From the IMG/VR virus record IMGVR_UViG_3300032285_003957, positions 170,117-234,116 of that record: a stretch of 64,000 nucleotides of DNA. One strand, written 5' to 3'. This document shows, one piece after another, positions 10,832 through 20,126 of this stretch (positions are counted from its first letter, which is position 1; each line of letters starts with the position of its first letter). The translations under genes and the position numbers were made by a program. The notes beneath the pieces were generated by a model. That model saw only the letters and a program-made list of their open reading frames with translations, ran no database searches and was not told the DNA's origin. Source of the DNA: a virus (taxonomy: Duplodnaviria > Caudoviricetes).

Positions 10832-12406
10832 ATGGCAATATCGGGAATCATAACAATAGCGGATACAACAACAGCAAGTATAACATCTTTTGATTTATAT
10901 TCATGCACGTCATCAAGTAATAGTTCTTGTAGTGGAACAGCTTTTGCTACGAACGTATCGAGAGCAAGCTTGTTGGATGGTTATTGTAGTGATTTAATTC
11001 CAGATGGAACAACATATATAAAAGTTAATGCAAATAGCGGTGCTTGTCAAAACATTAACCCTGCTATAGTTGAATTATCGGGTGTTCCAATAATACCAAC
11101 GTCAACACCTACACCAACACCGGCAGCACCAACACCAACACCAACACCAAGTAAAGCACCGGGTAGCGGATTGACAGCACATTATTTATCAACGGGTTCA
11201 ACATATGCTGAAGCGTGTGCAAATTTCAGCATACACACGGACCCATATTATGTTTACAATGACGCCACATTACAAGCAGGTAACGTATTATGTCAAAACA
11301 ATAACTGTTCAACCAAAGCACTTAATGGATATTATTCTGATGGGACAAATTATTGGCTTGTGGGAGATGGCGTTGGAGGAATTAGTGCAGGACCAACATC
11401 ATGCTCAATTGTTGATATAACAACAATTGATTTAGGTGGTGTTAATTGTAGATTAGTTGGTTCTTGTAATGACAACGGCACATGTTCGGTGAGATATAAT
11501 ATTAACTTTGCAAATGGTAGACCATCTGCAACTCAAGTATTTGTTCAACCTATAGGTAGTAATACAGCATCTGTTGCTGTTTATAACGATTTAGGTAATA
11601 ACACAGATGTTTATTTAGATTATAGCGAAAGTAATGGGTCACAATCAATTAATTTTAGATTAATATTAAAATCATTCCCAAGTGGAAATGAAATATGTAG
11701 GTCAGGAGATTTAACTTTAAATCACAATCATGGTGGTGCACCATGGAATATGATTAGTGCATGTAGTAGTGGTACTAGTGGAACTTCAGGTTCGTCAGGT
11801 GGTGGTGGAACATCATATTACTCATTCACTGTAGGAACTGGTTATACGGCGCATGATGCTTGTGCAGATGCGGTAAATAATACATTAACATTATATACAA
11901 CCGATAGTGCAAATAGAAATTTGGTTGACCAAACGTCATATTATAGTAATAATAGTGGAGCATTATTTACAAGCTCAGGATTCATACGCTTCTCTGACGG
12001 AACAAATTACGGTATAATAGATCAATATGGTGTTTATTATCAAACAGATGCATGCACCAATTTACCGGTATTAGGAACAATTACCGGATTCACATATGAT
12101 ACTCAAGGAACATATGATTACGGTAGCGACACAACATCATATGTGACAACCGTAACTGGACATACTAATGGTGTAGGTCCAATTATAGCGGGTGTTTCTA
12201 ATTTAGCATTAAGTGTTAAAGTATATTCCGCAAATAGAGATGAATATGCTTACGTGATGTTAGGTGGAACTGTCGGTAGTGGAACGGAGGTAGTCGGTGA
12301 ATATTCTTGGAATGGTGGATATGACCCGTATATACTTACATTATGTTTCGACCAATGGTATGCGCAAGCACAAGGTAATGTTGACCCAACATTAAACTGT
12401 CATTAA
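10832..12406 (+). CDS. Side-fibre/adhesin-like protein (N-terminal anchor module, PT linker, repeated Cys-closed modules)
   Basis: N-terminus is similar to the next ORF (ATNVSRASLLDGY vs ATGVTKSDLVAGY); two xSDGTNY modules. Confidence 0.6.
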   Translation: MAISGIITIADTTTASITSFDLYSCTSSSNSSCSGTAFATNVSRASLLDGYCSDLIPDGTTYIKVNANSGACQNINPAIVELSGVPIIPTSTPTPTPAAPTPTPTPSKAPGSGLTAHYLSTGSTYAEACANFSIHTDPYYVYNDATLQAGNVLCQNNNCSTKALNGYYSDGTNYWLVGDGVGGISAGPTSCSIVDITTIDLGGVNCRLVGSCNDNGTCSVRYNINFANGRPSATQVFVQPIGSNTASVAVYNDLGNNTDVYLDYSESNGSQSINFRLILKSFPSGNEICRSGDLTLNHNHGGAPWNMISACSSGTSGTSGSSGGGGTSYYSFTVGTGYTAHDACADAVNNTLTLYTTDSANRNLVDQTSYYSNNSGALFTSSGFIRFSDGTNYGIIDQYGVYYQTDACTNLPVLGTITGFTYDTQGTYDYGSDTTSYVTTVTGHTNGVGPIIAGVSNLALSVKVYSANRDEYAYVMLGGTVGSGTEVVGEYSWNGGYDPYILTLCFDQWYAQAQGNVDPTLNCH

Positions 12407-12419
12407 AACTAAAAACTAA

Positions 12420-12427
12420 TATTTATA
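12420..12427 (+). promoter_or_regulatory. TATTTATA putative late-promoter element
   Basis: Intergenic, upstream of ATG 12458. Confidence 0.45.
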
Positions 12428-12457
12428 TAATAACAAAAAAATAGTAAATTAAACTAT

Positions 12458-13327
12458 ATGTCATTCTTAACTAAAATAACCCTAACAACTGCAGGATCAT
12501 CAACTGGACCTTTTGATATATACCAAAATTCGGATAACTATGCTACGGCGGTAGCTACAGGTGTAACTAAATCCGATTTAGTTGCGGGGTATACAATTTC
12601 AGTAAATGATACTACAACAAGTGTATTGGTCCAATCTTTAGGTCTATGTAACACAAGTAATATTACATTACCAATAAGTGGATTCCCAACATCAACTCCA
12701 ACACCTACACCAACATTAACACCAACAGCATCCCCTGTGGGCGCTGGTGTTAGTCATATATCACTTTCAAGTGGTCATACGGTAGCAAGCGCTTGTACTG
12801 GTGCAACTCAAACTTATTACTATTCAGGTTCATTTATTAATGGTGCACAATTATGGGTAGACGCTCAATTTACAGATAATGCACCTGGTACAAATGGTAG
12901 TCCAGTTTATTATTATTCATACGATTTCAATTCAATATATTATATTAATGATAGTGAAGGTCACAAATATGCTTCATCCGAAGTTTGTCCTACAGCGACA
13001 CCGGTTGTAAACGCTAATTCATATTGGGTGAGCACAGTAGATGGGCCAACAGCAGCTACTTGTGGTGGTGATGACGTATTTGGTGTTCCTCACACGCAAT
13101 TAACAGGTTTTACAGTTTATGGTAGTGCAATTTCAGGTATTTGTGATGCAACAATGATTGTTGATATGCCTGCAATTGTTAAATCTGAAGTTCCGTTTAA
13201 TGGCACATTCTGGGTTGGTAAAAAAGTTGGTGGTAATTTCTACTATAGAAAATATGTCAGAGATTCGTCAGGAACATCAGCAACACCAGATGGAGCATGC
13301 GTAGTTTATAATACTCCTTGTAATTAA
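12458..13327 (+). CDS. Side-fibre/adhesin-like protein with the same architecture as the previous gene
   Basis: ITLTTAGSSTGPFDIY anchor module, PT linker, two Cys-bracketed modules. Confidence 0.6.
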   Translation: MSFLTKITLTTAGSSTGPFDIYQNSDNYATAVATGVTKSDLVAGYTISVNDTTTSVLVQSLGLCNTSNITLPISGFPTSTPTPTPTLTPTASPVGAGVSHISLSSGHTVASACTGATQTYYYSGSFINGAQLWVDAQFTDNAPGTNGSPVYYYSYDFNSIYYINDSEGHKYASSEVCPTATPVVNANSYWVSTVDGPTAATCGGDDVFGVPHTQLTGFTVYGSAISGICDATMIVDMPAIVKSEVPFNGTFWVGKKVGGNFYYRKYVRDSSGTSATPDGACVVYNTPCN

Positions 13328-13344
13328 AAAATATAAATTAAAAA

Positions 13345-15375
13345 ATGAGCTTTTTAGATAAGAATAACCAAGAATATATAACAGCAAGATTAACGCAAGA
13401 AGGTCGTAATGCAATCGCTAAAGGCGATTTTAAAATCGATTACTTTGCTGTTGGTGATTCTGAATATAACTATAATTTTACAACAGGTTCACAAATGGTG
13501 TTAGCACCAATGGATAAAGATACTCAAGTAAAATATCCGTTATTATATCAAAGCGGCTCAGCAACAATATACGGAGTTCCAATTACCGGTTCAACAACTG
13601 AAACGATTAAAAATGTGATGGGTGAAGCAGGATTTATTTCTGGTAACACATTTTCAGATGGTGCATTAGTTACATCAGGTAGTTTCACAAATATAAGCGG
13701 CGCAACTACATTAACATTAACAGTTCCAAGTGGTAAAACATATTTCGATTCAGGATATATTACATTATTCACAAATGGAGTATCAAATAAAACATTGACA
13801 TCTTTTTCCAATAGTTACACCTATAAACTATTAAGTGTTTCAGGATTAACGTCAACAAGCGAAATGTTGACATTAGATAGAGCAACACCAAATTTGTCAG
13901 GATTAACTGGTAATTTTTATATTGTTGGTAATAATTGTGAAAATGAATTCACAGTGGCAAGTGACATCAATAACACTTGTTTACCTCCATTACCTGACCC
14001 ATCTGCACAACACAATCCTTGGAAGTTGAATACTGTGTGGTCACAAAATCCAATCGGGTTTAGAACAACAGACGACAAAACAACCGGCTTTGTCAGTGCA
14101 AAATATCATTCTGCAAAAGAATTATTAGGTTATTATTCAAATAGCGGTCAAACATTTACAGATATAACTGGTGGCACAATATCGGGAATTACATATGTTA
14201 ATTCATTTGGTGAGGAAATAATGTTAAACCCTAATCAAGCAAATACAATAGCAATTGTTCATTATTCTGAAATTGGAGATTTTATTAACGACCCTGATAG
14301 ATATTACAAATATGATGATTACATAGCACATACAGGACAAACAGATAATACAAATTTTAAAATACACATTCCTTTCATAAATTATCATAGAAACACTGGA
14401 ACCACAATTGGTGCATATTTTTATATGGGAACGAGTAACAAATACATTTCATCCACACCAAATTCTTTACATAAAATAAAATATAGAGATTTGATTGATG
14501 AACAAAATATTAAAGTTGGTAAAGTATTTGTTAATAATAAATTAATTGTTTTTGATGACCAAGAAATTGCAGCAGTTTTAGACCATAAATCAAATAGAAA
14601 TTTCACATTACCTGCACCAAAATTAGAATTAACACACTCAACAGACGGAACATATCTATTAGGTGGCACAACAGGTGAAACGCTTTATATTTCATATCTA
14701 TTCTCAGGTGCAACAGGTTTAAATTCATATCCATGTAATGCAATAACAAACGTAAAATTAGAATACGAAACAGTAAAAGACGAATGTTCTGTTACTGCGA
14801 TATTACCCCCATCAGATGTTGTGGTTAAATTTACAGGTAGCACACAATTTGATTTTTTACAAACGGATAACGCTAATTTAAAGAGCGGAGTAACTATGAC
14901 TAAGTTCTACATCCTTGCACAAAAAACGCAAAACAACACGTTACCAACATCAAATGGATGGAGATTAATTGATACTAATACATCATTAACAAATGGTTAT
15001 ATTGCTGAGTCATCAGTTTATAATTCAATAACTAAAATTACAAAATATCAATACGATAATGCATCGATATTTTCATTGTCAGACCATACCGGTCAATCAT
15101 ATTCAAATGCGACCACACAATTTGGTGACGAACAACCATTTGCAGGTTCAGTTAAATTAACAAGAGCATCCGACATTGAAGAAATGAAATTCTTGGTAAA
15201 CTTACCATCAGGTAAATTTGCAACATCACAAAATCCAACACACACAACGGGTAATCCTATGATTACTGAAATTGCGTTATTGGATGAAAGTAAGAATGTT
15301 TTGGTTATGGGAAAAACACCTTCACCTATTTCAAGAAATTCTTCACAAGTATTTGCTGTTAAATTAGACTTCTAA
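13345..15375 (+). CDS. Baseplate / tail-fibre attachment protein
   Basis: N-terminal ARLTQEGRNAIAKG...FAVGDSE and C-terminal ITEIALLDE...MGKTPSPI...FAVKLDF resemble the two halves of the myophage fibre-attachment (DUF3751-like) domain. Confidence 0.6.
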   Translation: MSFLDKNNQEYITARLTQEGRNAIAKGDFKIDYFAVGDSEYNYNFTTGSQMVLAPMDKDTQVKYPLLYQSGSATIYGVPITGSTTETIKNVMGEAGFISGNTFSDGALVTSGSFTNISGATTLTLTVPSGKTYFDSGYITLFTNGVSNKTLTSFSNSYTYKLLSVSGLTSTSEMLTLDRATPNLSGLTGNFYIVGNNCENEFTVASDINNTCLPPLPDPSAQHNPWKLNTVWSQNPIGFRTTDDKTTGFVSAKYHSAKELLGYYSNSGQTFTDITGGTISGITYVNSFGEEIMLNPNQANTIAIVHYSEIGDFINDPDRYYKYDDYIAHTGQTDNTNFKIHIPFINYHRNTGTTIGAYFYMGTSNKYISSTPNSLHKIKYRDLIDEQNIKVGKVFVNNKLIVFDDQEIAAVLDHKSNRNFTLPAPKLELTHSTDGTYLLGGTTGETLYISYLFSGATGLNSYPCNAITNVKLEYETVKDECSVTAILPPSDVVVKFTGSTQFDFLQTDNANLKSGVTMTKFYILAQKTQNNTLPTSNGWRLIDTNTSLTNGYIAESSVYNSITKITKYQYDNASIFSLSDHTGQSYSNATTQFGDEQPFAGSVKLTRASDIEEMKFLVNLPSGKFATSQNPTHTTGNPMITEIALLDESKNVLVMGKTPSPISRNSSQVFAVKLDF

Positions 15376-15414
15376 CACTTTACATTTCAATTAATTTGTT
15401 TTAATTTTTATACT

Positions 15415-16032
15415 ATGAGTATAGATGTAAAATTTAAAAACAAGCCAAAAATTTTAGGATTGGATATTTCCACTAAAACTATTGGGTGGGCTTTGTTTGA
15501 TATGACAGGGTCCAAACTATTGGAGCTAACTCACTTTTCTCCAAAAATTAAACCTCAACCTGAAGATAAGATTGAAGAGTTAATAAAAAAAGCAGATGCT
15601 TTCAAAAAACATTTGGAAGGATATAAGGACATGGGTATTGTTCAAGTCGTTATTGAAGAACCATTATTAAGTTCAAATAATGTTTACACAATCCAAACGT
15701 TACTACGTTACAACACAATGATTTTGAAATGCTGTTATGATACATTAGGTGTAGTTCCAAATTTCATTTCAACATACAACGCAAGAAAATTTGCGTTTCC
15801 AAGTTTAGTTGGACCAAACGATAAAGGACGTAATGTATTGTTTGGTGGTTATCCAAAAGATATAGATAAAAAACAAGTTGTTTGGGAACACGTTAATGCG
15901 GTATGTCCTGATATCGAATGGTTATACGGTAAGACTGGTAATTTGAAAAAAGAAAATTTCGATATGAGTGATGCTGCTACTGCTGTGATTGGATATGTGA
16001 ATATGATTAAGTCAGAAAAATCCGGCAACTAA
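15415..16032 (+). CDS. ruvC: RuvC-like Holliday junction resolvase
   Basis: ILGLDISTKTIGWALFD, VVIEEP and DMSDAATAVIG carry the RNase H-fold acidic residues. Confidence 0.8.
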   Translation: MSIDVKFKNKPKILGLDISTKTIGWALFDMTGSKLLELTHFSPKIKPQPEDKIEELIKKADAFKKHLEGYKDMGIVQVVIEEPLLSSNNVYTIQTLLRYNTMILKCCYDTLGVVPNFISTYNARKFAFPSLVGPNDKGRNVLFGGYPKDIDKKQVVWEHVNAVCPDIEWLYGKTGNLKKENFDMSDAATAVIGYVNMIKSEKSGN

Positions 16033-16108
16033 AATTTGTATTTACGCTGAAGTTGATTTATATTTATTAAAGGACGGGACGAGGGTTAAAATCCTCGTTT
16101 GGTTGGTA

Positions 16109-16144
16109 GGGAGTCGAGGTGGTGTTCGACTCCCATTTTTTTTT
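16109..16144 (+). terminator. Rho-independent terminator closing a short GC-rich intergenic element
   Basis: GGGAGTCGA-GGTGGTGT-TCGACTCCC 9-bp stem followed by A and T9. Confidence 0.7.
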
Positions 16145-16173
16145 ATCATATTTTTTATGTATATTCTATCATT

Positions 16174-17112
16174 ATGGTAGAACAAGAAACCGATTATTCA
16201 GCTGTCGTTGAAATTTTAGAAGACATTTTGGGTGATTATAGAAATCACAACGACTATCGCGGTCAAATATCTTTTGATTGTCCTACATGTTCCTATGATA
16301 TAAAAGGATTGGATGAATTGGATGGTAAAGGTAATCTTGAGGTAAATTATAAGCACAATGTTTACAAATGTTGGGTGTGCGCTGAAACTCATGATACACA
16401 TGGTTCTGTTTACAAATTAATAAAAAAATTTGGTAATCCTCGTCAGTTAAAGAAATATTTGTTACTAAGACCTGATGAAGATGAATCGGTGCAAAGAGTT
16501 TATAAGACTGTTAAATTACCAAAAGAATTTATACCATTCTCATCTGCAAGTGCGGGTTTAAAGATGACACCACAATATAGACAAGCATACAACTATATTA
16601 AAAGTAGAAACATAACTGAATTGATGTGTCAAAAATTCAACATTGGTTTTTGTTACACTGGTTTATATGAAAATAGAATTATAATACCATCTTACGATGA
16701 AAATGGATTCGTAAATTATTTTGTTGCTCGTTCTTATTTGCAAAAGACGAAAAGAAAATATATGAATCCCGAAGCCCAAAAGGAAATATTAATATTCAAT
16801 GAAAAATTAATTAATTGGGAAGAACCAATCTATTTGGTTGAAGGTGCATTTGATAGTATTTTTTTAAATAACGCAATTCCAATGCTTGGCAAGTATATGA
16901 GTGAACACTTATATAATACGCTTTATAATAAGGCGGTTAAAATTATAATAGTATTAGACCCCGACGCATGGGGTGATGCTGAAAGATTATATCACAAACT
17001 TAATTGTGGTAAACTTATGAACAAAATTTGGATTATTAAATTAGAAGGAAACCAAGACATAGCTGATTTACAAGGAAAAATTAATGAAAACGATATAAAA
17101 CAATTAGATTAA
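16174..17112 (+). CDS. dnaG: DNA primase (Zn-binding + TOPRIM)
   Basis: CPTC...CWVC zinc ligands; RIIIPSYD, LVEGAFDSI and VLDPDA TOPRIM motifs; ATG 16174 preferred over the tracked TTG 16099. Confidence 0.85.
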   Translation: MVEQETDYSAVVEILEDILGDYRNHNDYRGQISFDCPTCSYDIKGLDELDGKGNLEVNYKHNVYKCWVCAETHDTHGSVYKLIKKFGNPRQLKKYLLLRPDEDESVQRVYKTVKLPKEFIPFSSASAGLKMTPQYRQAYNYIKSRNITELMCQKFNIGFCYTGLYENRIIIPSYDENGFVNYFVARSYLQKTKRKYMNPEAQKEILIFNEKLINWEEPIYLVEGAFDSIFLNNAIPMLGKYMSEHLYNTLYNKAVKIIIVLDPDAWGDAERLYHKLNCGKLMNKIWIIKLEGNQDIADLQGKINENDIKQLD

Positions 17113-17981
17113 TGACAATTAAAAATTTAGAAGAAGTTTCTTTAGAGATTAAGGACCTACTTGAAAAAAGAAGACAAAATTTAGAATTAACTTTCGTAGA
17201 AGAAAAACACATTTACTTTATGAAAGATAATGATGGTAAATTAAAATCAAATTTCCCATCTGTTTCTAAGTTAGTTAAGAAATTCCACAAACCATTTGAT
17301 GCGGAAGGTATGGCCCTTAGAATGAGTAAAGGTGACCCTGAAGCTGCTAAGTTGTTACAAGAACAATGGAGAAAAGCCGGTGACTTATCTACCAACATGG
17401 GTAGTCGTGTCCACTTTGAATTGGAATCTGATTTAATTGGAAGATATGGTGATTATAAAGAAGTAAGACAACCAATCTTTGAAATTGACGATGAACAAAA
17501 ACGCAAGAGTGATAATATGATTCAAGCAGGTAAAAGCTTCTTGGATATTATGCATGATAGAGGTGCAACATTATTGGATACCGAAATTGTGTTGGGTGAC
17601 CCTAACTTGCAATACACTGGCCAACCTGATAAAGTATGGTTGATGATGAACAAAGATAAAAATGATTTTGGTTTTGTTATTACGGATTGGAAATCAAACC
17701 AACCTAAGAATTTTGAAGTGCAACACTACACAGGTAAAATGTATTCACCATTCGCTAACGTTCACGATAACGCTTTAGGTCATTACTATTTACAATTACC
17801 ATTTTATGGTAGATTATTATTAAAAATGTTGGAAGGAACAAAATTCAATGATAAAAAATTGTTAGGTTCAGTTATTGTCTTATTGAAAGATGATGCAACA
17901 TATAATGAATACAAAGTTCCACCTGAAGTTCAAAGGAATGTATTCAACTTGGATTTAAACAAATATATTAACAGATGGTAA
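17112..17981 (+). CDS. PD-(D/E)XK exonuclease
   Basis: MGSRVHFELE, TGQPDKV, ITDWKSN and YYLQLPFY motifs; no Fe-S cysteines. Confidence 0.75.
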   Translation: MTIKNLEEVSLEIKDLLEKRRQNLELTFVEEKHIYFMKDNDGKLKSNFPSVSKLVKKFHKPFDAEGMALRMSKGDPEAAKLLQEQWRKAGDLSTNMGSRVHFELESDLIGRYGDYKEVRQPIFEIDDEQKRKSDNMIQAGKSFLDIMHDRGATLLDTEIVLGDPNLQYTGQPDKVWLMMNKDKNDFGFVITDWKSNQPKNFEVQHYTGKMYSPFANVHDNALGHYYLQLPFYGRLLLKMLEGTKFNDKKLLGSVIVLLKDDATYNEYKVPPEVQRNVFNLDLNKYINRW

Positions 17982-18784
17982 AGAAAATTATACATATTGC
18001 TGATTTACATATCAGAACCATTCAATTGCATGATTTGTATAAAACACAATTTGAAAAGTTATTAATTGATTTAACCGTTCAATTGAGTGATGTTAATTAT
18101 GATGAAACCAGAATAGTAATTGCAGGAGATATTGCACACCAAAAAATTAACATTTCTAACGAACAATTAATGTTAACAAGTTGGTTTATTAAATCATTAT
18201 GCGAACTTGGTCAGGTGGTTATTATACCAGGTAATCACGATTTCTTAGAGAATAACACACAACGATTAGATAGTATTAGTCCTGTTGTTGATTTATTGAG
18301 TAATTCAAACATTACGTATCTAAAAGATAGTGGAGACTATGTTGATACCGATGGAGGTATCCAATGGGTTGTTTATTCATTATATCAACACAATGTTAGA
18401 CCTGAATTTACAAAACAAGAAGGGTTATTAACTGTGGGATTATTTCACGGACCAATTCAAGGTCTATCAACCGATTTGGGATATGAGTTTGAAGATGCGT
18501 ATGACCAATTAAATTTTGTTGGGTTAGATTTATTATTATGTGGCGATATACATAAACGCCAACAATTTGTTTTACCTAATGGCGGTAAAGCTGTTATGAT
18601 TGGAAGTTTAATACAACAAAATTTTGGGGAGACAGTAAAACATCATGGTTACGGTATATATGATGTAGAGAATGATGAATATGAATTTTTTGATTTACCA
18701 AATGAACAACCATTCCTTCATTTCTCAATAAACGATATTAAAGACATTGAAAATGGCGCAGAAGAGCACCTTAACCTTGGATAA
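17975..18784 (+). CDS. sbcD: SbcD/Mre11 (T4 gp47-like) nuclease, short form
   Basis: HIADLH, GDIAH, PGNHD, FHG and GDIHKRQ metallophosphoesterase motifs. Confidence 0.85.
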   Translation: MVKKIIHIADLHIRTIQLHDLYKTQFEKLLIDLTVQLSDVNYDETRIVIAGDIAHQKINISNEQLMLTSWFIKSLCELGQVVIIPGNHDFLENNTQRLDSISPVVDLLSNSNITYLKDSGDYVDTDGGIQWVVYSLYQHNVRPEFTKQEGLLTVGLFHGPIQGLSTDLGYEFEDAYDQLNFVGLDLLLCGDIHKRQQFVLPNGGKAVMIGSLIQQNFGETVKHHGYGIYDVENDEYEFFDLPNEQPFLHFSINDIKDIENGAEEHLNLG

Positions 18785-19280
18785 GGAATTTATAAGTTAC
18801 TGTGAATTAAATGATATTGCCGATATTAATAGTTTAGCAAAAAAAACTTTTGATAGAGGCTTTACCATTTTAAAATATGGTGAAACACCAAAAGGTAATT
18901 TTGAAGAAGTAGTTGTTGAAAAAGAAATCATAAAAGAAGTCATCAAGGAAGTGGTGGTTGAAAAAATTGTTGAGGTTCCTGTTGAAGTAATCAAAGAGGT
19001 TATTAAAGAAGTAAAAGTTGAAGTTCCTGTTGAAGTTATAAAAGAAGTTAAGGTTAAAGGTAAAAGCAACACAATAACTAAAGAAATTATTAAAGAAGTT
19101 CCTGTTGAAATTATTGTAGAAAAAATAGTGGAAGTGATAAATGACAAAGAGATTGAAATTTTGAAACAAGAGAATGAAAGACTTAAAAATGAATTAGACA
19201 ATATAACTTCATCGCTTAGTAGATTTACCAAAGCTAAATTTATGAAAAACAGCGACATGTCTGACTTATATGGTGAATAA
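18753..19280 (+). CDS. Hypothetical protein with (E/K)-V/I repeats and a C-terminal coiled coil
   Basis: VIKEV/VEVPVEV repeats; ATG at 18753. Confidence 0.65.
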   Translation: MAQKSTLTLDKEFISYCELNDIADINSLAKKTFDRGFTILKYGETPKGNFEEVVVEKEIIKEVIKEVVVEKIVEVPVEVIKEVIKEVKVEVPVEVIKEVKVKGKSNTITKEIIKEVPVEIIVEKIVEVINDKEIEILKQENERLKNELDNITSSLSRFTKAKFMKNSDMSDLYGE

Positions 19281-19347
19281 ATTTTCGGCAATATAATTTT
19301 TTATTACCCATAATTTTTAGTATATTTTATATAATAAATGCAATGTT

Positions 19348-19656
19348 ATGATACTATTATTATGGATTTTATCGGCCTACGGAATGACCAGTATTCTTGT
19401 TTGGGGCTCAATATTTGAAGGTTTAAGAACGTGGTTAAAAAAACATTCTAACTTTTTTGGAACATTAATTGGATGCACATTGTGCACATCGACATGGGTA
19501 GGATTTTTCATGTCATTTGTATTCGGTGGTTTAACGAATCATTATTTAAACTGTCCTTGGTTTGTATGCTTTTTCTTTGATGGAATGGCCACTGCAGGTG
19601 GGGTATGGGCTCTTAACGCCATAATCGAATTCTTCGAAGAGAGTCGTATTAAGTAA
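19348..19656 (+). CDS. Small membrane protein with CxxC (DUF1360-like)
   Basis: Three hydrophobic segments and GCTLCTSTWVGF. Confidence 0.6.
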   Translation: MILLLWILSAYGMTSILVWGSIFEGLRTWLKKHSNFFGTLIGCTLCTSTWVGFFMSFVFGGLTNHYLNCPWFVCFFFDGMATAGGVWALNAIIEFFEESRIK

Positions 19657-20126
19657 TGAGAAAATTAGACACATACACAGTTGATTGGTTTAAAATTGCA
19701 GAAGGATTTAGATTACCCATTGACCAAACAATACAATGCTTTTATGATGGTAGAATGATGGGTAGGATTGGGGAATTCATGCACAAAGTAGAAACAGGTG
19801 GAGAAAGGGAAGGTGAAAATTCAAGTTTTGATATTACTGAATCAGACGGTATTAGAAGTGAAGTTAGGTCGATAACCAATAAGGTTAGTTTTGCACCATC
19901 TAAACAAACTGGTTTTGGTAGAAAAGTAACTGAAGAAGGGTTCCAAGAAAAATTAAGAAATCTTGATAGATTTGTTTTATTGGATTTGAGAGAATTAGAA
20001 GATGGTATTATTCATAGTATTGAAGTAACAAAAGAAGATATATTTAATTTACCTTTAGGAAAAAACAAAGCAATCAATTCCAAAAAGTTTTACGAAATTT
20101 ATGATAGAGCTCAACAAAATTTATAA
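19656..20126 (+). CDS. Putative restriction-endonuclease-like PD-(D/E)XK protein
   Basis: FDITESDGIRSEVRSI fits D-x(n)-E-x-R; overlaps a DNA methyltransferase gene. Confidence 0.4.
   Translation: MRKLDTYTVDWFKIAEGFRLPIDQTIQCFYDGRMMGRIGEFMHKVETGGEREGENSSFDITESDGIRSEVRSITNKVSFAPSKQTGFGRKVTEEGFQEKLRNLDRFVLLDLRELEDGIIHSIEVTKEDIFNLPLGKNKAINSKKFYEIYDRAQQNL

Noticed and set aside
16109-16136. tRNA gene suggested by GTTCGACTCCCA
   Set aside because: No acceptor stem or cloverleaf can be built; the segment forms a simple 9-bp hairpin, kept only as a possible sRNA or terminator
17112-17981. Cas4 / CRISPR-associated call for the PD-(D/E)XK nuclease
   Set aside because: No Fe-S cysteines, no other cas genes and no repeat-spacer array seen in the window
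18797-19291. Minus-strand ORFs (TSLITS... and FFNN...) opposite the EVIKEV gene
   Set aside because: Antisense shadows of the repeat
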